This document shows positions 18,350-31,148 of a stretch of DNA of 64,000 nucleotides, piece by piece. Numbering within the stretch: position 1 is the first letter of the stretch; each line of letters opens with the position of its first letter. A model generated the notes under the pieces. It was given only the letters and a program-made list of their open reading frames with translations. It searched no databases and was not told the DNA's origin. The translations under genes were made by a program, and so were the position numbers. Origin of the DNA: an uncultured delta proteobacterium (GTDB taxonomy: Bacteria; Myxococcota_A; Polyangia; Fen-1088). The DNA lies in assembly GCA_963767925.1 (NCBI GenBank), contig CAVYGB010000008.1:704001-768000 (forward strand), read 5' to 3'.

Positions 18350-19132
18350 ATGACGAGACCTCCGGCGCCGGAGCGCGCGCGGCCGCCGGTGGGGCGGGGG
18401 GGGAAGGTGCGGGCGGACCTCGCGGTGGTGGACCAGGGGCTGGCCCCCTCGCGGGAGCGGGCCCGAGCCCTGATCCTGGCGGGTGAGGTGCTGGAGGGGG
18501 ATCGGCCGGTGGCAAAGGCGGGCGAGCTGGTGGGGGCCGAGGCGACCCTGCGGCTGCGGAGCGAGCCGATGCCCTACGTGTCACGGGGCGGGTTGAAGCT
18601 GGCGCACGCGCTCGCGACCTTCGCGGTCGACGTGAGAGGACGGGTGGCGGTCGACGTGGGGGCCTCCACCGGGGGGTTCACCGATTGTCTGCTGCAGGCG
18701 GGCGCCGGCCGGGTGTATTGCGTGGACGTGGGGCAGGGGCAGCTCGACTGGAAGGTCGCCTCGGATCCGCGGGTGGTGGTGATGGATCGGACCAACGCGC
18801 GGCATCTCACCCCGGATCGGCTGCCCGAGCCGTGCGATCTGGCGGTTGTCGATGTCTCTTTCATCTCCTTGCGGCTCGTGTTGCCGGCGGTGGTGCCGCT
18901 CCTGCGCCCCGGGGCGCCGCTGGTCACCCTGGTCAAGCCGCAGTTCGAGGTCGGGCGCGAGCGGGTCGGAAAGGGCGGCATCGTGCGCGACGAGGGGGCC
19001 CGGGCCGACGCGGTCGCCGGGGTGGCGGAGGCCGCCCGGACCCTCGGGCTGTCGGTGCTCGGCCAGACCCAGTCCCCGATCACCGGTCAGAAGGGGAACG
19101 TCGAGTTCCTCCTCCACCTGCTGCGACCCTAG
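18350..19132 (+). CDS. tlyA: TlyA family rRNA methyltransferase
   Basis: S4 domain; YVSRGGLKL, DVGASTGGFTD, DVSFISL, LVKPQFE, GNVEF. Confidence 0.95.
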   Translation: MTRPPAPERARPPVGRGGKVRADLAVVDQGLAPSRERARALILAGEVLEGDRPVAKAGELVGAEATLRLRSEPMPYVSRGGLKLAHALATFAVDVRGRVAVDVGASTGGFTDCLLQAGAGRVYCVDVGQGQLDWKVASDPRVVVMDRTNARHLTPDRLPEPCDLAVVDVSFISLRLVLPAVVPLLRPGAPLVTLVKPQFEVGRERVGKGGIVRDEGARADAVAGVAEAARTLGLSVLGQTQSPITGQKGNVEFLLHLLRP

Positions 19133-19220
19133 CCGCGGCCCGGGCGCTATCGGCCGGAACGCCGACGCTCCCCGTCGGAAACGCTTTTGGGCGCTCGGCC
19201 ATCCGACGTATCCTCGAAGC

Positions 19221-20192
19221 ATGGTCGTCCTGGTGACGGGCAGCGCGGGCTTCATCGGATCGCATCTGGCCGAGCGGCTCACCGGGCGAGGCGACCGGGT
19301 GGTGGGGCTCGACAACTTCGACGGGTTCTATCCGCGCCCGATCAAGGAGGCGAACCTCGAGGGCCTGCGTGGCCAGGCCGGGTTCTCGCTTGTCGAGGGG
19401 GACATCCGGGTGCCGGGCGACCTCGATCGGGCCCTCGCCGCGGCCGGCTCGGTCGACGTGGTCGTGCACCTGGCGGCGCTGGCCGGGGTGCGCCCCTCGC
19501 TGCGCGAGCCGGAGCGGTTCTACGACGTCAACGTGATGGGGACCCTGCGCCTCCTCGATGCCGCCCGGCGAGCGGGGGTCCGGCGGGTCGTGTTCGCCTC
19601 CTCCTCCTCGGTCTACGGGGCGGACAGCAAGCCTCCCTTCCAGGAGGAAGACCCCTGCGGCCGGCCGCTGTCGCCTTATGCGGCGACAAAACGCATGGGT
19701 GAGCTGACCGCCTGGAACGCCCACCACCTGGACGGCATGGCCCTGACCTGCTTGCGGTTCTTCACCGCCTACGGTCCCCGGCAGCGGCCCGATCTGGCCA
19801 TCCACAAGTTCACCGCCCGCATCGCCCGGGGCGAGCCGATCGAGCTGTTCGGCGACGGCAGCAGCTCGCGGGACTACACCTTCATCGACGACCTGATCGA
19901 CGGGGTGGTGGCGGCCATCGACAAGCAGGCCGCCGATCGCGAGCCGCGCTACTGCATCTACAACCTCGGCGGGTCGCACACCACCTCGCTGACCGAGATG
20001 GTCGAGCAGGTGGCGGCGGCCCTGGGCCGCCGTCCCGAGGTGGTCCGGGTGCCCGCCCCGCCCGGGGAGATGCCCGAGACGCTGGCCGACATCGGGCTGG
20101 CCGGACGGGAGCTGGGCTATGCCCCCCGGGTCCCCCTCCGCGAGGGACTGGCCCGCTTCGTCGCCTGGTGGAAACGCCGATCCGAGCCCTGA
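19221..20192 (+). CDS. NAD-dependent epimerase (UDP-glucuronate 4-epimerase-like)
   Basis: VTGSAGFIGS, HLAALAGVR.S, SSSSVYG, YAATK, RFFTAYGPRQRPD. Confidence 0.9.
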   Translation: MVVLVTGSAGFIGSHLAERLTGRGDRVVGLDNFDGFYPRPIKEANLEGLRGQAGFSLVEGDIRVPGDLDRALAAAGSVDVVVHLAALAGVRPSLREPERFYDVNVMGTLRLLDAARRAGVRRVVFASSSSVYGADSKPPFQEEDPCGRPLSPYAATKRMGELTAWNAHHLDGMALTCLRFFTAYGPRQRPDLAIHKFTARIARGEPIELFGDGSSSRDYTFIDDLIDGVVAAIDKQAADREPRYCIYNLGGSHTTSLTEMVEQVAAALGRRPEVVRVPAPPGEMPETLADIGLAGRELGYAPRVPLREGLARFVAWWKRRSEP

Positions 20193-20214
20193 CCCGTCGA
20201 GTGCCCGGCGAGCC

Positions 20215-21522
20215 CTAGGCGTGGGGGCGGCCGATGCCGTAGTAGGTGAAGCCGGCGGCCCGCAGGGTCTCCGGATCCCACTGGTTGCGCCCGTCGAACA
20301 CGACCGGCTCCTTCATCGCCCGCTTGAGGCGCTCGAGGTTGGGGCGGCGGTATTCGTGCCACTCGGTGACCAGCGCCAGGGCGTCGGCGCCCTCGGCGCA
20401 GCGGTAGGCCCCGGTCTCGAAGCGGACCCGGTCACCAAGCACCTTGCGGGCCGGGGCCAGGGCCTGCGGATCGGTGACCGTGACCTCGGCCCCCGCCGCC
20501 AGGAGCTGGTCGACCAGCACCAGGGCCGGCGCTTCCCGGATGTCATCGGTGCCCGGCTTGAAGGCGATCCCCCAGACGGCGATGCGCCGTCCGGCGAGCT
20601 TGCCCTCGAAGTGCCGGAGGAGGTCCTCCCCCAGCCGGAGCTTCTGCCGATCGTTGACCCGGTTGACCGCCTCGAGGAGCTGCATCGGCACCCCCGCCTC
20701 GCGCCCGCTGCTCAGCGCCGCCCGCAGGTCCTTCGGGAAGCAGCTCCCGCCGAAGCCCACCCCGGCGTAGAGGAACTTCGGCCCGATGCGGGCGTCCGAG
20801 CCCATGCCCCGCCGGACCAGCTCGATGTCGGCCCCCAGGGCGTCACACAGGTTGGCGAGCTCGTTCATGAAGGAGATGCGGGTGGCCAGCATGGCGTTGG
20901 CCGCGTATTTGGTGAGCTCGGCCGATCGCCGGTCCATCAGCATCACGCGATCGCTCGAGCGGGTGAAGGGGGCATACAGGGCCTTGAGGGTCTTGATGGC
21001 CCGCTTGTCCGAGCAGCCGATGATGATCCGGTCGGGCTTCATGAAGTCGTTGACCGCGTCCCCTTCCTTGAGGAACTCCGGATTGGAGGCTACCGCCACC
21101 TCGTGCTGGCTCACCGATCGGACCAGGGCCTCGATCTTGTCGCCGGTGCCCACCGGCACCGTCGACTTGGTGACGAGGACCGCCCAGCCGGTGAGGGCGC
21201 GCGCCGCCGACTCGGCGGCCTGGAAGATGTACGAGAGGTCGGCCGACCCGTCCGGCCCGGGCGGGGTCCCCACCGCCAGCACCACCACCTCGGCGCCCGC
21301 CACCGAGCCGGGCACGTCGGTCGTGAACGCCAGCCGCTGCTCGGCGACGTTGTGGGCGACCAGGCGATCGAGGCCTGGTTCGAAGATCGGGATCTGCCCC
21401 CGCTGCAACATGGCGATCTTCTCGGCGTCGATGTCACAGCACACCACGTCCTGGCCCATGTCCGCGAAGCCTGCGCCTGCGACGAGCCCCACATACCCGG
21501 TGCCGATCACACAGATTTTCAT
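20215..21522 (-). CDS. ugd: UDP-glucose 6-dehydrogenase
   Basis: GTGYVGL, KSTVPVGT, NPEFLKEG, GFGGSCFPKD, AFKPGTDD. Confidence 0.95.
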   Translation of the reverse strand: MKICVIGTGYVGLVAGAGFADMGQDVVCCDIDAEKIAMLQRGQIPIFEPGLDRLVAHNVAEQRLAFTTDVPGSVAGAEVVVLAVGTPPGPDGSADLSYIFQAAESAARALTGWAVLVTKSTVPVGTGDKIEALVRSVSQHEVAVASNPEFLKEGDAVNDFMKPDRIIIGCSDKRAIKTLKALYAPFTRSSDRVMLMDRRSAELTKYAANAMLATRISFMNELANLCDALGADIELVRRGMGSDARIGPKFLYAGVGFGGSCFPKDLRAALSSGREAGVPMQLLEAVNRVNDRQKLRLGEDLLRHFEGKLAGRRIAVWGIAFKPGTDDIREAPALVLVDQLLAAGAEVTVTDPQALAPARKVLGDRVRFETGAYRCAEGADALALVTEWHEYRRPNLERLKRAMKEPVVFDGRNQWDPETLRAAGFTYYGIGRPHA

Positions 21523-21570
21523 GGCCCGGGCAGTCTAACACGACCATTGGCGCCGGTGTTACGGTAGGCC

Positions 21571-22572
21571 ATGCAGGTGATGTTGCTCGCGGCCGGACGC
21601 TCCACGCGCCTCGGCGCGCTCGGGCTGGCCCGGCCCAAACCTCTGGTCCCGATCTGCGGGTACCCCGCGCTGGCCTACGGGCTGCAACGGTGCGCCCAGG
21701 CCGGCCTGCGACAGGTCGTCATCAACCTACATCACCACGGCGAGCAGATCCGCGCAGCGGTCGGCGACGGCGCGGCCTTTGGCCTCTCGGTGCGCTACTC
21801 GGAGGAGGTCGAGCTGCTGGGGACCGGCGGCGGGATCGCCCAGGCGCGGCCCCTGTTCGTCCCGGGGCCGGTGCTGATCATCAACGGCAAGGTGGTGGCC
21901 GACATCGATTTCCGCTCGGTGATCGCCGCCCATCGGGGCGCACCCGCAGGCACGGTCGCGACGATGGTCGTGCGCCCGCTCGACGAGCCCGGACGCTTCG
22001 CGCCGGTCACCGTCGACGAACAGGGGCGGGTTGTCGGCCTCCGGGGTCGGCCTGGCAAGGTGGCGCCCCGGGGGAAGATCGCCGACCGGATGTTCACCGG
22101 GATTCACATCCTCGAGCCCAGCTTGCTCGATCGCCTGCCGGTGGCCGGCGTCTCCGACGTCATTGCCGACGCCTACCAGCCGGCGCTCGAGGAGGGGGCC
22201 CACGTGCAGGCCCTCGATCACGCGGGCTACTTCGAGGAGCACTCCACGCCCGCGACCTATCTGCAGGGGAACTTCGCGCTCCTGCGGCGTCCCGAGCTGC
22301 TCGGCTCGTCACCGGGGCCGCTCACCGGGATCGATCCGACCGCGCAGGTGCACCCCGCCGCCACCGTCGTGCCGCCGGTGCGGATCGCGGCCGGAGCGAC
22401 GATCGAGGCCGGCGTCCGACTCGGCCCCGACGTCGTCATCGGGGCCGGCGCACGCGTGCACGCGGGGGCCCACCTCGAGCGGGCGGTAGTCTGGGAGGGG
22501 GCGAGCGCCAGCGGCACCGTGACCGACGCGGTGGTGACCCGCGAAGGCCTGGTTGCCGCTGGCGGAGGCTGA
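21571..22572 (+). CDS. NDP-sugar pyrophosphorylase (mannose-1-phosphate guanylyltransferase-like)
   Basis: LAAGRSTRL..PKPL, LGTGGG, C-terminal hexapeptide repeats. Confidence 0.85.
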   Translation: MQVMLLAAGRSTRLGALGLARPKPLVPICGYPALAYGLQRCAQAGLRQVVINLHHHGEQIRAAVGDGAAFGLSVRYSEEVELLGTGGGIAQARPLFVPGPVLIINGKVVADIDFRSVIAAHRGAPAGTVATMVVRPLDEPGRFAPVTVDEQGRVVGLRGRPGKVAPRGKIADRMFTGIHILEPSLLDRLPVAGVSDVIADAYQPALEEGAHVQALDHAGYFEEHSTPATYLQGNFALLRRPELLGSSPGPLTGIDPTAQVHPAATVVPPVRIAAGATIEAGVRLGPDVVIGAGARVHAGAHLERAVVWEGASASGTVTDAVVTREGLVAAGGG

Positions 22573-22573
22573 G

Positions 22574-22939
22574 CTAGGGGACCAGGCCGTTGCGCAGCCG
22601 GGCGCCCCCGCCCATGTCCATCCGGACGGCGCCGTCGCGGCGCACGGCCGTGTCGCTGCGGCCGGCATCGCGCGCGCCGGCGTCGCGCGAGGTGGCGGCG
22701 TCCCGGCGGACGGCCGCATCGGGCGTCCGGCCTCCGGAGGCGGGCGTACCGCCGCCGCCACCGGAGCCGCCGCCACCAGCGGAGCCCGCGCTGCCGCCGG
22801 TTCCTCCGCTGGCCGGTCCCCGGGCGGCGTCGGCGGCGCGGCCTCCGTCCCCACTGCCCCGATCGACGGCCTCGACACAACCGAAAAGCAGGAGGCACGT
22901 CACGGCCAGGGTCCGGGTCATCAAACGCGTCGGCATCAT
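22574..22939 (-). CDS. Small Gly-rich lipoprotein
   Basis: LLFGC lipobox; AGGAG Shine-Dalgarno. Confidence 0.6.
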   Translation of the reverse strand: MMPTRLMTRTLAVTCLLLFGCVEAVDRGSGDGGRAADAARGPASGGTGGSAGSAGGGGSGGGGGTPASGGRTPDAAVRRDAATSRDAGARDAGRSDTAVRRDGAVRMDMGGGARLRNGLVP

Positions 22940-23120
22940 CTATCTCTCCTTCGTTCGTCCTTCGTCCTGCGAGATCGCTGAAAACCGCCTGAAACAGCGA
23001 GATTTCCCGCGGCGGCGCCGACCTTAACCGAAGTTCGGGGCGAAAGGAATCCATCGCCGGGGGTCGCCGCCCCGCGGGTGACAGCCAATCCGGGCGCGGA
23101 GCGCGCTCGATCGCCCGGGT

Positions 23121-25313
23121 TTACCAGGCGGTCGGGGCGACGCCGTTTGCCGGCAACTTCTTGGTTACGGAATCGGCGGTCGGCGAGCCAGGATCCAGCA
23201 ACCCGGCCACGGCATCGGCCAGCAGCCGCTTGGGCGTGGCCTTCGGGAGCACGGCGTTCGCCCCGGCGGCGAGCGCTTGCCGCCGGGTTGGATGCACAGT
23301 GGCCCGGGACGAGAGCACGATCACAGGCAGCTCCTTGAGCGTGGGCTCGGTCCGGATCTTCTCGATCAGCTCGAGCCCGCCGATGCGGGGCATCTCCAGA
23401 TCGGTGACGACGGCGTCGAAGCGGCGCTCGGAGAGCAGCTCCCAGGCGTCCCATCCGTCGGCGGCGGTGACCGCCTGGAAGCCGGAGGCCACCAGCACGC
23501 GGGCGGTGGCCTCCCGGGCCAGGCGCGAATCGTCGACAACCAGGACCCGCTGGGTCCGCCGGGTCAGCGACTGGCCGGGGCGGTTCTGGGAGAACGCCGC
23601 ATCCGCCAGGGCGTTCAGGTCGAAGATGAGCTGCGCCTTCCCCGCGCCGGAGATGGTGGCGCCCGCGTAGAGGCCGAGGCCGCTCAGCACCGGGTCGAGC
23701 GGGCGCACCACGATGGTCCGGGGTCCGATGATCTTGTCGCAGGTGGCGACGAAGCTGCGCTGGCCCGAGCGGAGGTGCAGGGCGGCCGCCCGGCGCAGCG
23801 GCGGCATCTCCACCCCCAGCAGGGCCTGCAGGCGCAGCACCGGCACCCGCCGCTGCCCCGCCTTGGACCCGGCCGCGCGCAGGGCATCGGGCCGCAGCGG
23901 CAGCGCCTCGACCACCTGGGCGGCCGGCACCGCGTAGACCTGTCCGCCAACCTTGAAGAGGACCGCCTCGGTGATGGTGGTGGTGAGCGGGACCGTCAGC
24001 CGGAACCGGGCCCCCTCGCCGGAGGGCGACTCCAGCTTCACCTCGCCCCCGATCCGACCCAGGGAGCGCTTGACGATGTCGAGCCCCATGCCCCGCCCGG
24101 CGAGGCCGTCGGCCTTGGTCCGGGTGGAGAAGCCGGGGAGAAAGAGGGTGGCCAGCAGCCCCTCGTCGCCCGGGCTGGCGGACGCCTGCCGGCGTTCGAG
24201 GGCCCGTTTCACCAGCTCGCGGTCGACGCCGCGGCCGTCGTCCTCGAAGCGGATCAGCAGGCCCTGTTCGCCCCGCTCGGCCGAGACGGTGAGCCGGCCT
24301 CGGGCCGGCTTGCCCTGGGCCACCCGCTCGAGGGGGAGCTCGATCCCGTGGGCCATCGCGTTCCGCAGCAGGTGCAGCAGGGCCTCGCCCAGTTGCTCGC
24401 ACAGGCGGTGGTCGACCTCGATCTCACCCCCGCTGATCGCCAGGTCGGCCTGGATGCCGGTGCTCCGCTCCAGCTCGCGCAGGGCGTGGGGCAGTCGCTG
24501 GAAGGCCCAGTCCAGGGGGAGCAGGCGGGCCCGCCGGAGCTGCTCGTCGAGGTCGGCCGCCGTCCGGCGCAGCGAGCCCGCCTCGCCGCCCAGCGCCCGG
24601 GTGGCCCGATCGACGTGGCTGGTGGCGGTGCCGAGCTCCAGCTCGACGTCGCCGAGGCGGTCGAGCCAGCCCGGCGAGCGGGCGGCCTGGGGACCGATCC
24701 GGCTCCCCTCCACCAGGGCCTCGCGCAGGCGGGCCCTCGTCTGGTGCAGGTCGCGCAGCACGCTCTCCAGCTCCTGCAGCCGGCGTTCGATCCGGGTCCC
24801 CAGGATCACCAGGTCGCCCACCCCGTCGAGCAGCGAATCGAGCCGGCCGGCGTCGACCCGCCAGCTCGGCTCGTCGGCCGTGCGGCGATCGAGGCCCCGC
24901 CGGCGATCGGGCGCCCGCCGGCGCTCGATGGGGCTGCTCGAGCGGACCCCCGGGGCGGGGGCCGAGCGGGCCCCGTCGACGAGCGCCCGCAGGGTCGTCA
25001 AGCCCTCCTCGATCCGCTCGAGGATCCCCGCGGTCGCCGCCAGCCGCCCGGCCCGGATCTCGGCGCACAGCTCCTCGGTCTCGTGGGCCGCCCGGGCGAT
25101 GGCGTCGATGCCCACCGAGCCGGCGGCGCCCTTGAGCCGATGCAGGCAGCGCAGGAGCGTGGTGGCGGCCTCGGTGGCCGGTCCGCCCTCGGCCACCCGG
25201 CGCAGGGCCCGCTGCCCCTCGGCCAGGGCGGTCAGGTGGTGCTCCACCTCCTCGAGGAAGAGGCCCCGCACCAGGTCGGCCTCGGGGTCGAGCGGCTGCG
25301 AACGGCTGCCCAT
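23121..25313 (-). CDS. cheA: Hybrid chemosensory kinase CheA-REC
   Basis: Hpt LHRLKGAA, HLLRNAMAHGIE, EDDGRG, F.PGFST, GRGMGLD, CheW-like domain, C-terminal REC (TDLEMP). Confidence 0.92.
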   Translation of the reverse strand: MGSRSQPLDPEADLVRGLFLEEVEHHLTALAEGQRALRRVAEGGPATEAATTLLRCLHRLKGAAGSVGIDAIARAAHETEELCAEIRAGRLAATAGILERIEEGLTTLRALVDGARSAPAPGVRSSSPIERRRAPDRRRGLDRRTADEPSWRVDAGRLDSLLDGVGDLVILGTRIERRLQELESVLRDLHQTRARLREALVEGSRIGPQAARSPGWLDRLGDVELELGTATSHVDRATRALGGEAGSLRRTAADLDEQLRRARLLPLDWAFQRLPHALRELERSTGIQADLAISGGEIEVDHRLCEQLGEALLHLLRNAMAHGIELPLERVAQGKPARGRLTVSAERGEQGLLIRFEDDGRGVDRELVKRALERRQASASPGDEGLLATLFLPGFSTRTKADGLAGRGMGLDIVKRSLGRIGGEVKLESPSGEGARFRLTVPLTTTITEAVLFKVGGQVYAVPAAQVVEALPLRPDALRAAGSKAGQRRVPVLRLQALLGVEMPPLRRAAALHLRSGQRSFVATCDKIIGPRTIVVRPLDPVLSGLGLYAGATISGAGKAQLIFDLNALADAAFSQNRPGQSLTRRTQRVLVVDDSRLAREATARVLVASGFQAVTAADGWDAWELLSERRFDAVVTDLEMPRIGGLELIEKIRTEPTLKELPVIVLSSRATVHPTRRQALAAGANAVLPKATPKRLLADAVAGLLDPGSPTADSVTKKLPANGVAPTAW

Positions 25314-25366
25314 GGCGATCGCGCCCGTCCTTTCTCGCTGTCTCGCCTGTCCCGCTTGCTCGGCGG

Positions 25367-26227
25367 TCAGCCCGCGTGCGGCTCGGTCGCCGCCAGGCTC
25401 CCGGGCTGGTCCAGCGCCGAGAGCGCCAGGCGCAGGCCGCGCAGGGCCTGCGCCACCGGGGTGGGTCGCAGATCGGGATCGTCGATCAGCGTCCCCAGCC
25501 CGCCGAGCGCGCGCTCGAGGTCGGGCCGCCGCTCGCGCAGCAGCCTGACCAGGTCCGCCTCCCGCCCGGGCGGGGCGCGGAACCGGCTCACGCCCTGCCA
25601 CAGCCCGTGGGCCGAGGTGGTGAGCCGGCCGGCGGCCTGGGCGGTCTGGCCCGCCCCCTGGGTGATCTCCTCGGCCAGCGCGCGGACCCCCTCCATGGCC
25701 CGGGCGCTGTCGCCGGTGCTGGCGTCGAGGAGCTGGATGAAGGCGCCGATGTCCTTGCTGGCGGCCCCCGAACGCTCCGCCAGCTTGCGGACCTCGTCCG
25801 CCACCAGGCCGAACCCCTTGCCCTGGGTGCCCGCGCGCGACGCTTCGATGGCGGCGTTGAGGGCCAGGATGTTGGTCTCGGAGGCCACGTCCTCGAGCAG
25901 CTCCACGATCTGCCCCACCTCCTCCGAGCGGGCCCCCAGCGCCTGCAGCGTCCGGGCGATCTCGTTGATCGACTGGGCCTGGGTCTCGGCGCTGCGGGCG
26001 AGCTGGCGGACGGCGCCGTCGATCTGATCGGCCAGGGCGCCCATCTCGGCCGAGGCGGCCGCCATCTTCTGCAGGTCGCGGGCCAGCCCGTCGAGCGCCT
26101 CGTCGAGCGCCTGGCCGACCGGGTGAAGCTCGCCCGGGAGGGCGCCGCAACGCTGTGCCAGATCCCCTCGCTTGACCGCCTCGACGACAGCCAGCAGCCG
26201 TTCCACGGATGACCCGCTCTTGCTCAC
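25367..26227 (-). CDS. Soluble methyl-accepting chemotaxis protein (HAMP-like + signalling domain)
   Basis: [31 protein letters not shown]; no TM segments. Confidence 0.9.
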   Translation of the reverse strand: MSKSGSSVERLLAVVEAVKRGDLAQRCGALPGELHPVGQALDEALDGLARDLQKMAAASAEMGALADQIDGAVRQLARSAETQAQSINEIARTLQALGARSEEVGQIVELLEDVASETNILALNAAIEASRAGTQGKGFGLVADEVRKLAERSGAASKDIGAFIQLLDASTGDSARAMEGVRALAEEITQGAGQTAQAAGRLTTSAHGLWQGVSRFRAPPGREADLVRLLRERRPDLERALGGLGTLIDDPDLRPTPVAQALRGLRLALSALDQPGSLAATEPHAG

Positions 26228-26727
26228 GACGCCTCCTCCCGGCTCAGGCTCTGTCGCAAGGTCTCCAGCGCCAGGGTCGCGTCGAGCAGCAGAGCCGGGC
26301 CCTCGACGTCGAACACGGTGGCGCTCACGAAGCGGAGCTGGGACGGCGGCCGCCGGGCGTGCTCCTGGTGGATGCTGCCCAGCCGGCTGATCCGGCTCGC
26401 GGCGAAGGCCAGCCGGCACAGGGCCGGGCGGGCCCGGGAGGAGGGCGCGGCCCCGGCGGGGGCGGCCGTCTCCACCACCACGATGTGATCCTGTTCGGTC
26501 CCCAGGTAGCGGGCCGCCTCGGCCGGGTCGCCGGCGCCCGCGCCGAGCTGCGCGCCGAGGTCGAGCAGGGGCAACACCTGCCCCCGCACCGGCACCAGGC
26601 CGCGCAGCAGGGCGGGGGAGAGAGGCACCGGGGTGACCGCCGGCGTGGCCAGGACCTCGCGCACCACCTCGATGGGGAGCGCGCAGCGCCGTCCCCGCAC
26701 CTCGAAGAACAGCACCTGCAGGTTCAT
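26224..26727 (-). CDS. cheW: CheW adaptor
   Basis: [26 protein letters not shown]. Confidence 0.88.
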   Translation of the reverse strand: MNLQVLFFEVRGRRCALPIEVVREVLATPAVTPVPLSPALLRGLVPVRGQVLPLLDLGAQLGAGAGDPAEAARYLGTEQDHIVVVETAAPAGAAPSSRARPALCRLAFAASRISRLGSIHQEHARRPPSQLRFVSATVFDVEGPALLLDATLALETLRQSLSREEAS

Positions 26728-26728
26728 G

Positions 26729-27949
26729 TCAGAGCTCCGAGACCGCGACCGGAGCCACGCGATGCCGGATCAGCCCTGCCTCGAGGAGGCGGTAGAGCAT
26801 GCGCATGGCCCCCCAGGCCCCCAGCCCCGAAGCGTCGACGATCTGGCGGACGGTGCGCCGGCCGTCAGTCAGGTCGAGCACCGCCCCTTCCTCGGAGGTG
26901 AGCCGACCCCGCCCCAGGTTCGCCACCATGCCCTCGTTGCGCACGAAGACCCGCTCGAGGTCCCCGAGCTCGCGCTGGATGAGCCGCCACTGCTCGACCC
27001 GCCGGAACCCTTCGAGCAGCAGCGCCGGCAGGGCCAGGGCCAGCGCCGCCTCGGCCGCCGCCAGCGTCGGCTCAGCCGTGCGCTCGAAGACGAAGCGCCC
27101 CTCTTGCCAGCGCAGGGCCTCGTAGAGCAGCGCCGCCGTCTGCAGCGACAGCACACGGGCCAGGTCCTCGCCGGTGATGAGGCCGCAATCCACGAGGAAC
27201 CGCCCCAGCAAGGGCAGCGAGCCGTCGCTGCCCCGGCGGGCCCGGCGGGCCTCCAGCCCCCCCAGCAAGGTGGGCGTGTCGAGGGCGCCCGCCCGCACGA
27301 GGAAACGGCCGAGCAGGAACTCCTCGGTGACGCCCTCGGCGGTGGCGAGGTCGAGGCGACCGTGGCGCAGGTGCAGCCGCAGCCGGGTCTCGCCGTTGAC
27401 GACCGAGACGACCCCGCTCTGCGCCTCCCGCTCGAGGAGCATGAGGACATCGGCCAGCGCCACCGCCGCCAGATCCCCGGCGAGGGCCACCCCCAGCGGA
27501 CGGGTCGGGCGCGGCTCCGGCTCGGGCGGTCGGGGCGGGCCCGGCCAGGGCGGCGGCTCGTCGCCTTCGCCCGGCGCCGCCCGGTTCAGCGCCTGCGAGA
27601 CGACGGCGAGCAGGGCCTGGGGGGTGAAGGGCTTGGCGATCGCGTCGACGACGTTGCTGCGAGGGCCCCGCAGGTTGCCCTCCGCCGACCCGGGCTCACC
27701 CAGCAGCACCACGGGAACCGAGGCGCAGGCCCGATCGGCCCGCAGCGCCGCGCAAACCGCCTCCCCCTCCATGTCGGGCAAGATCGCGTCCACCAGGATG
27801 AGCGCCGGCCGCACCGCACGCGCCACCTCGAGGCCTTCCTCGGCCCTTCCGGCCACGGCCACCTGATACTCGGCCTCGCCAAGGACGACTTGCACCAGCC
27901 GCAACACGGTCGGGCTGTCGTCGATGACGAGAATGCGCTCCCGCGACAT
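26729..27949 (-). CDS. Response regulator with DUF4388 (PatA/PilG-like) domain
   Basis: ILVIDDSPTV, D..LPD, KPF; LAGDL..VALADVL.LL...QSG; W.EG.F.F. Confidence 0.85.
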   Translation of the reverse strand: MSRERILVIDDSPTVLRLVQVVLGEAEYQVAVAGRAEEGLEVARAVRPALILVDAILPDMEGEAVCAALRADRACASVPVVLLGEPGSAEGNLRGPRSNVVDAIAKPFTPQALLAVVSQALNRAAPGEGDEPPPWPGPPRPPEPEPRPTRPLGVALAGDLAAVALADVLMLLEREAQSGVVSVVNGETRLRLHLRHGRLDLATAEGVTEEFLLGRFLVRAGALDTPTLLGGLEARRARRGSDGSLPLLGRFLVDCGLITGEDLARVLSLQTAALLYEALRWQEGRFVFERTAEPTLAAAEAALALALPALLLEGFRRVEQWRLIQRELGDLERVFVRNEGMVANLGRGRLTSEEGAVLDLTDGRRTVRQIVDASGLGAWGAMRMLYRLLEAGLIRHRVAPVAVSEL

Positions 27950-28273
27950 GTCCTCGCCCTTCCTGAAAGGTGGGAAAATAGCTCGGCCAGCGTAACACGA
28001 CTGGCGAGACGGGGATCGCCTGCCTGGGGGCAAAACCCACTTCCGGGGGGACGCGCCTCGGGGTGCGAGGTGTGGTGCGAGGTGAACGAACTTCTGGTGA
28101 ACGGCCTTCGCGGTCGGGGCCTCAGCCGAGGATGGTCGCCAAAGCGACGGCAATTGTGGACCAGGTTCGGGGGAGTGCCGCCGATAGACAGGGGGAGGTG
28201 ACCTTCGCGAAGATGACGAGCGCTGGTGTCCTGACGCCACGCAAGGGACGGGTTTAGGAGGGGTCCTTCGTTC

Positions 28274-31064
<2,791 letters not shown>

Positions 31065-31148
31065 GGTTTTTCACCCGTCCATCGACGGCGGCTAGCCCCC
31101 TCCGGTCGGCTGAGATAGTGTACGAAGCCGCTCGGACTCTCGCTGCTG

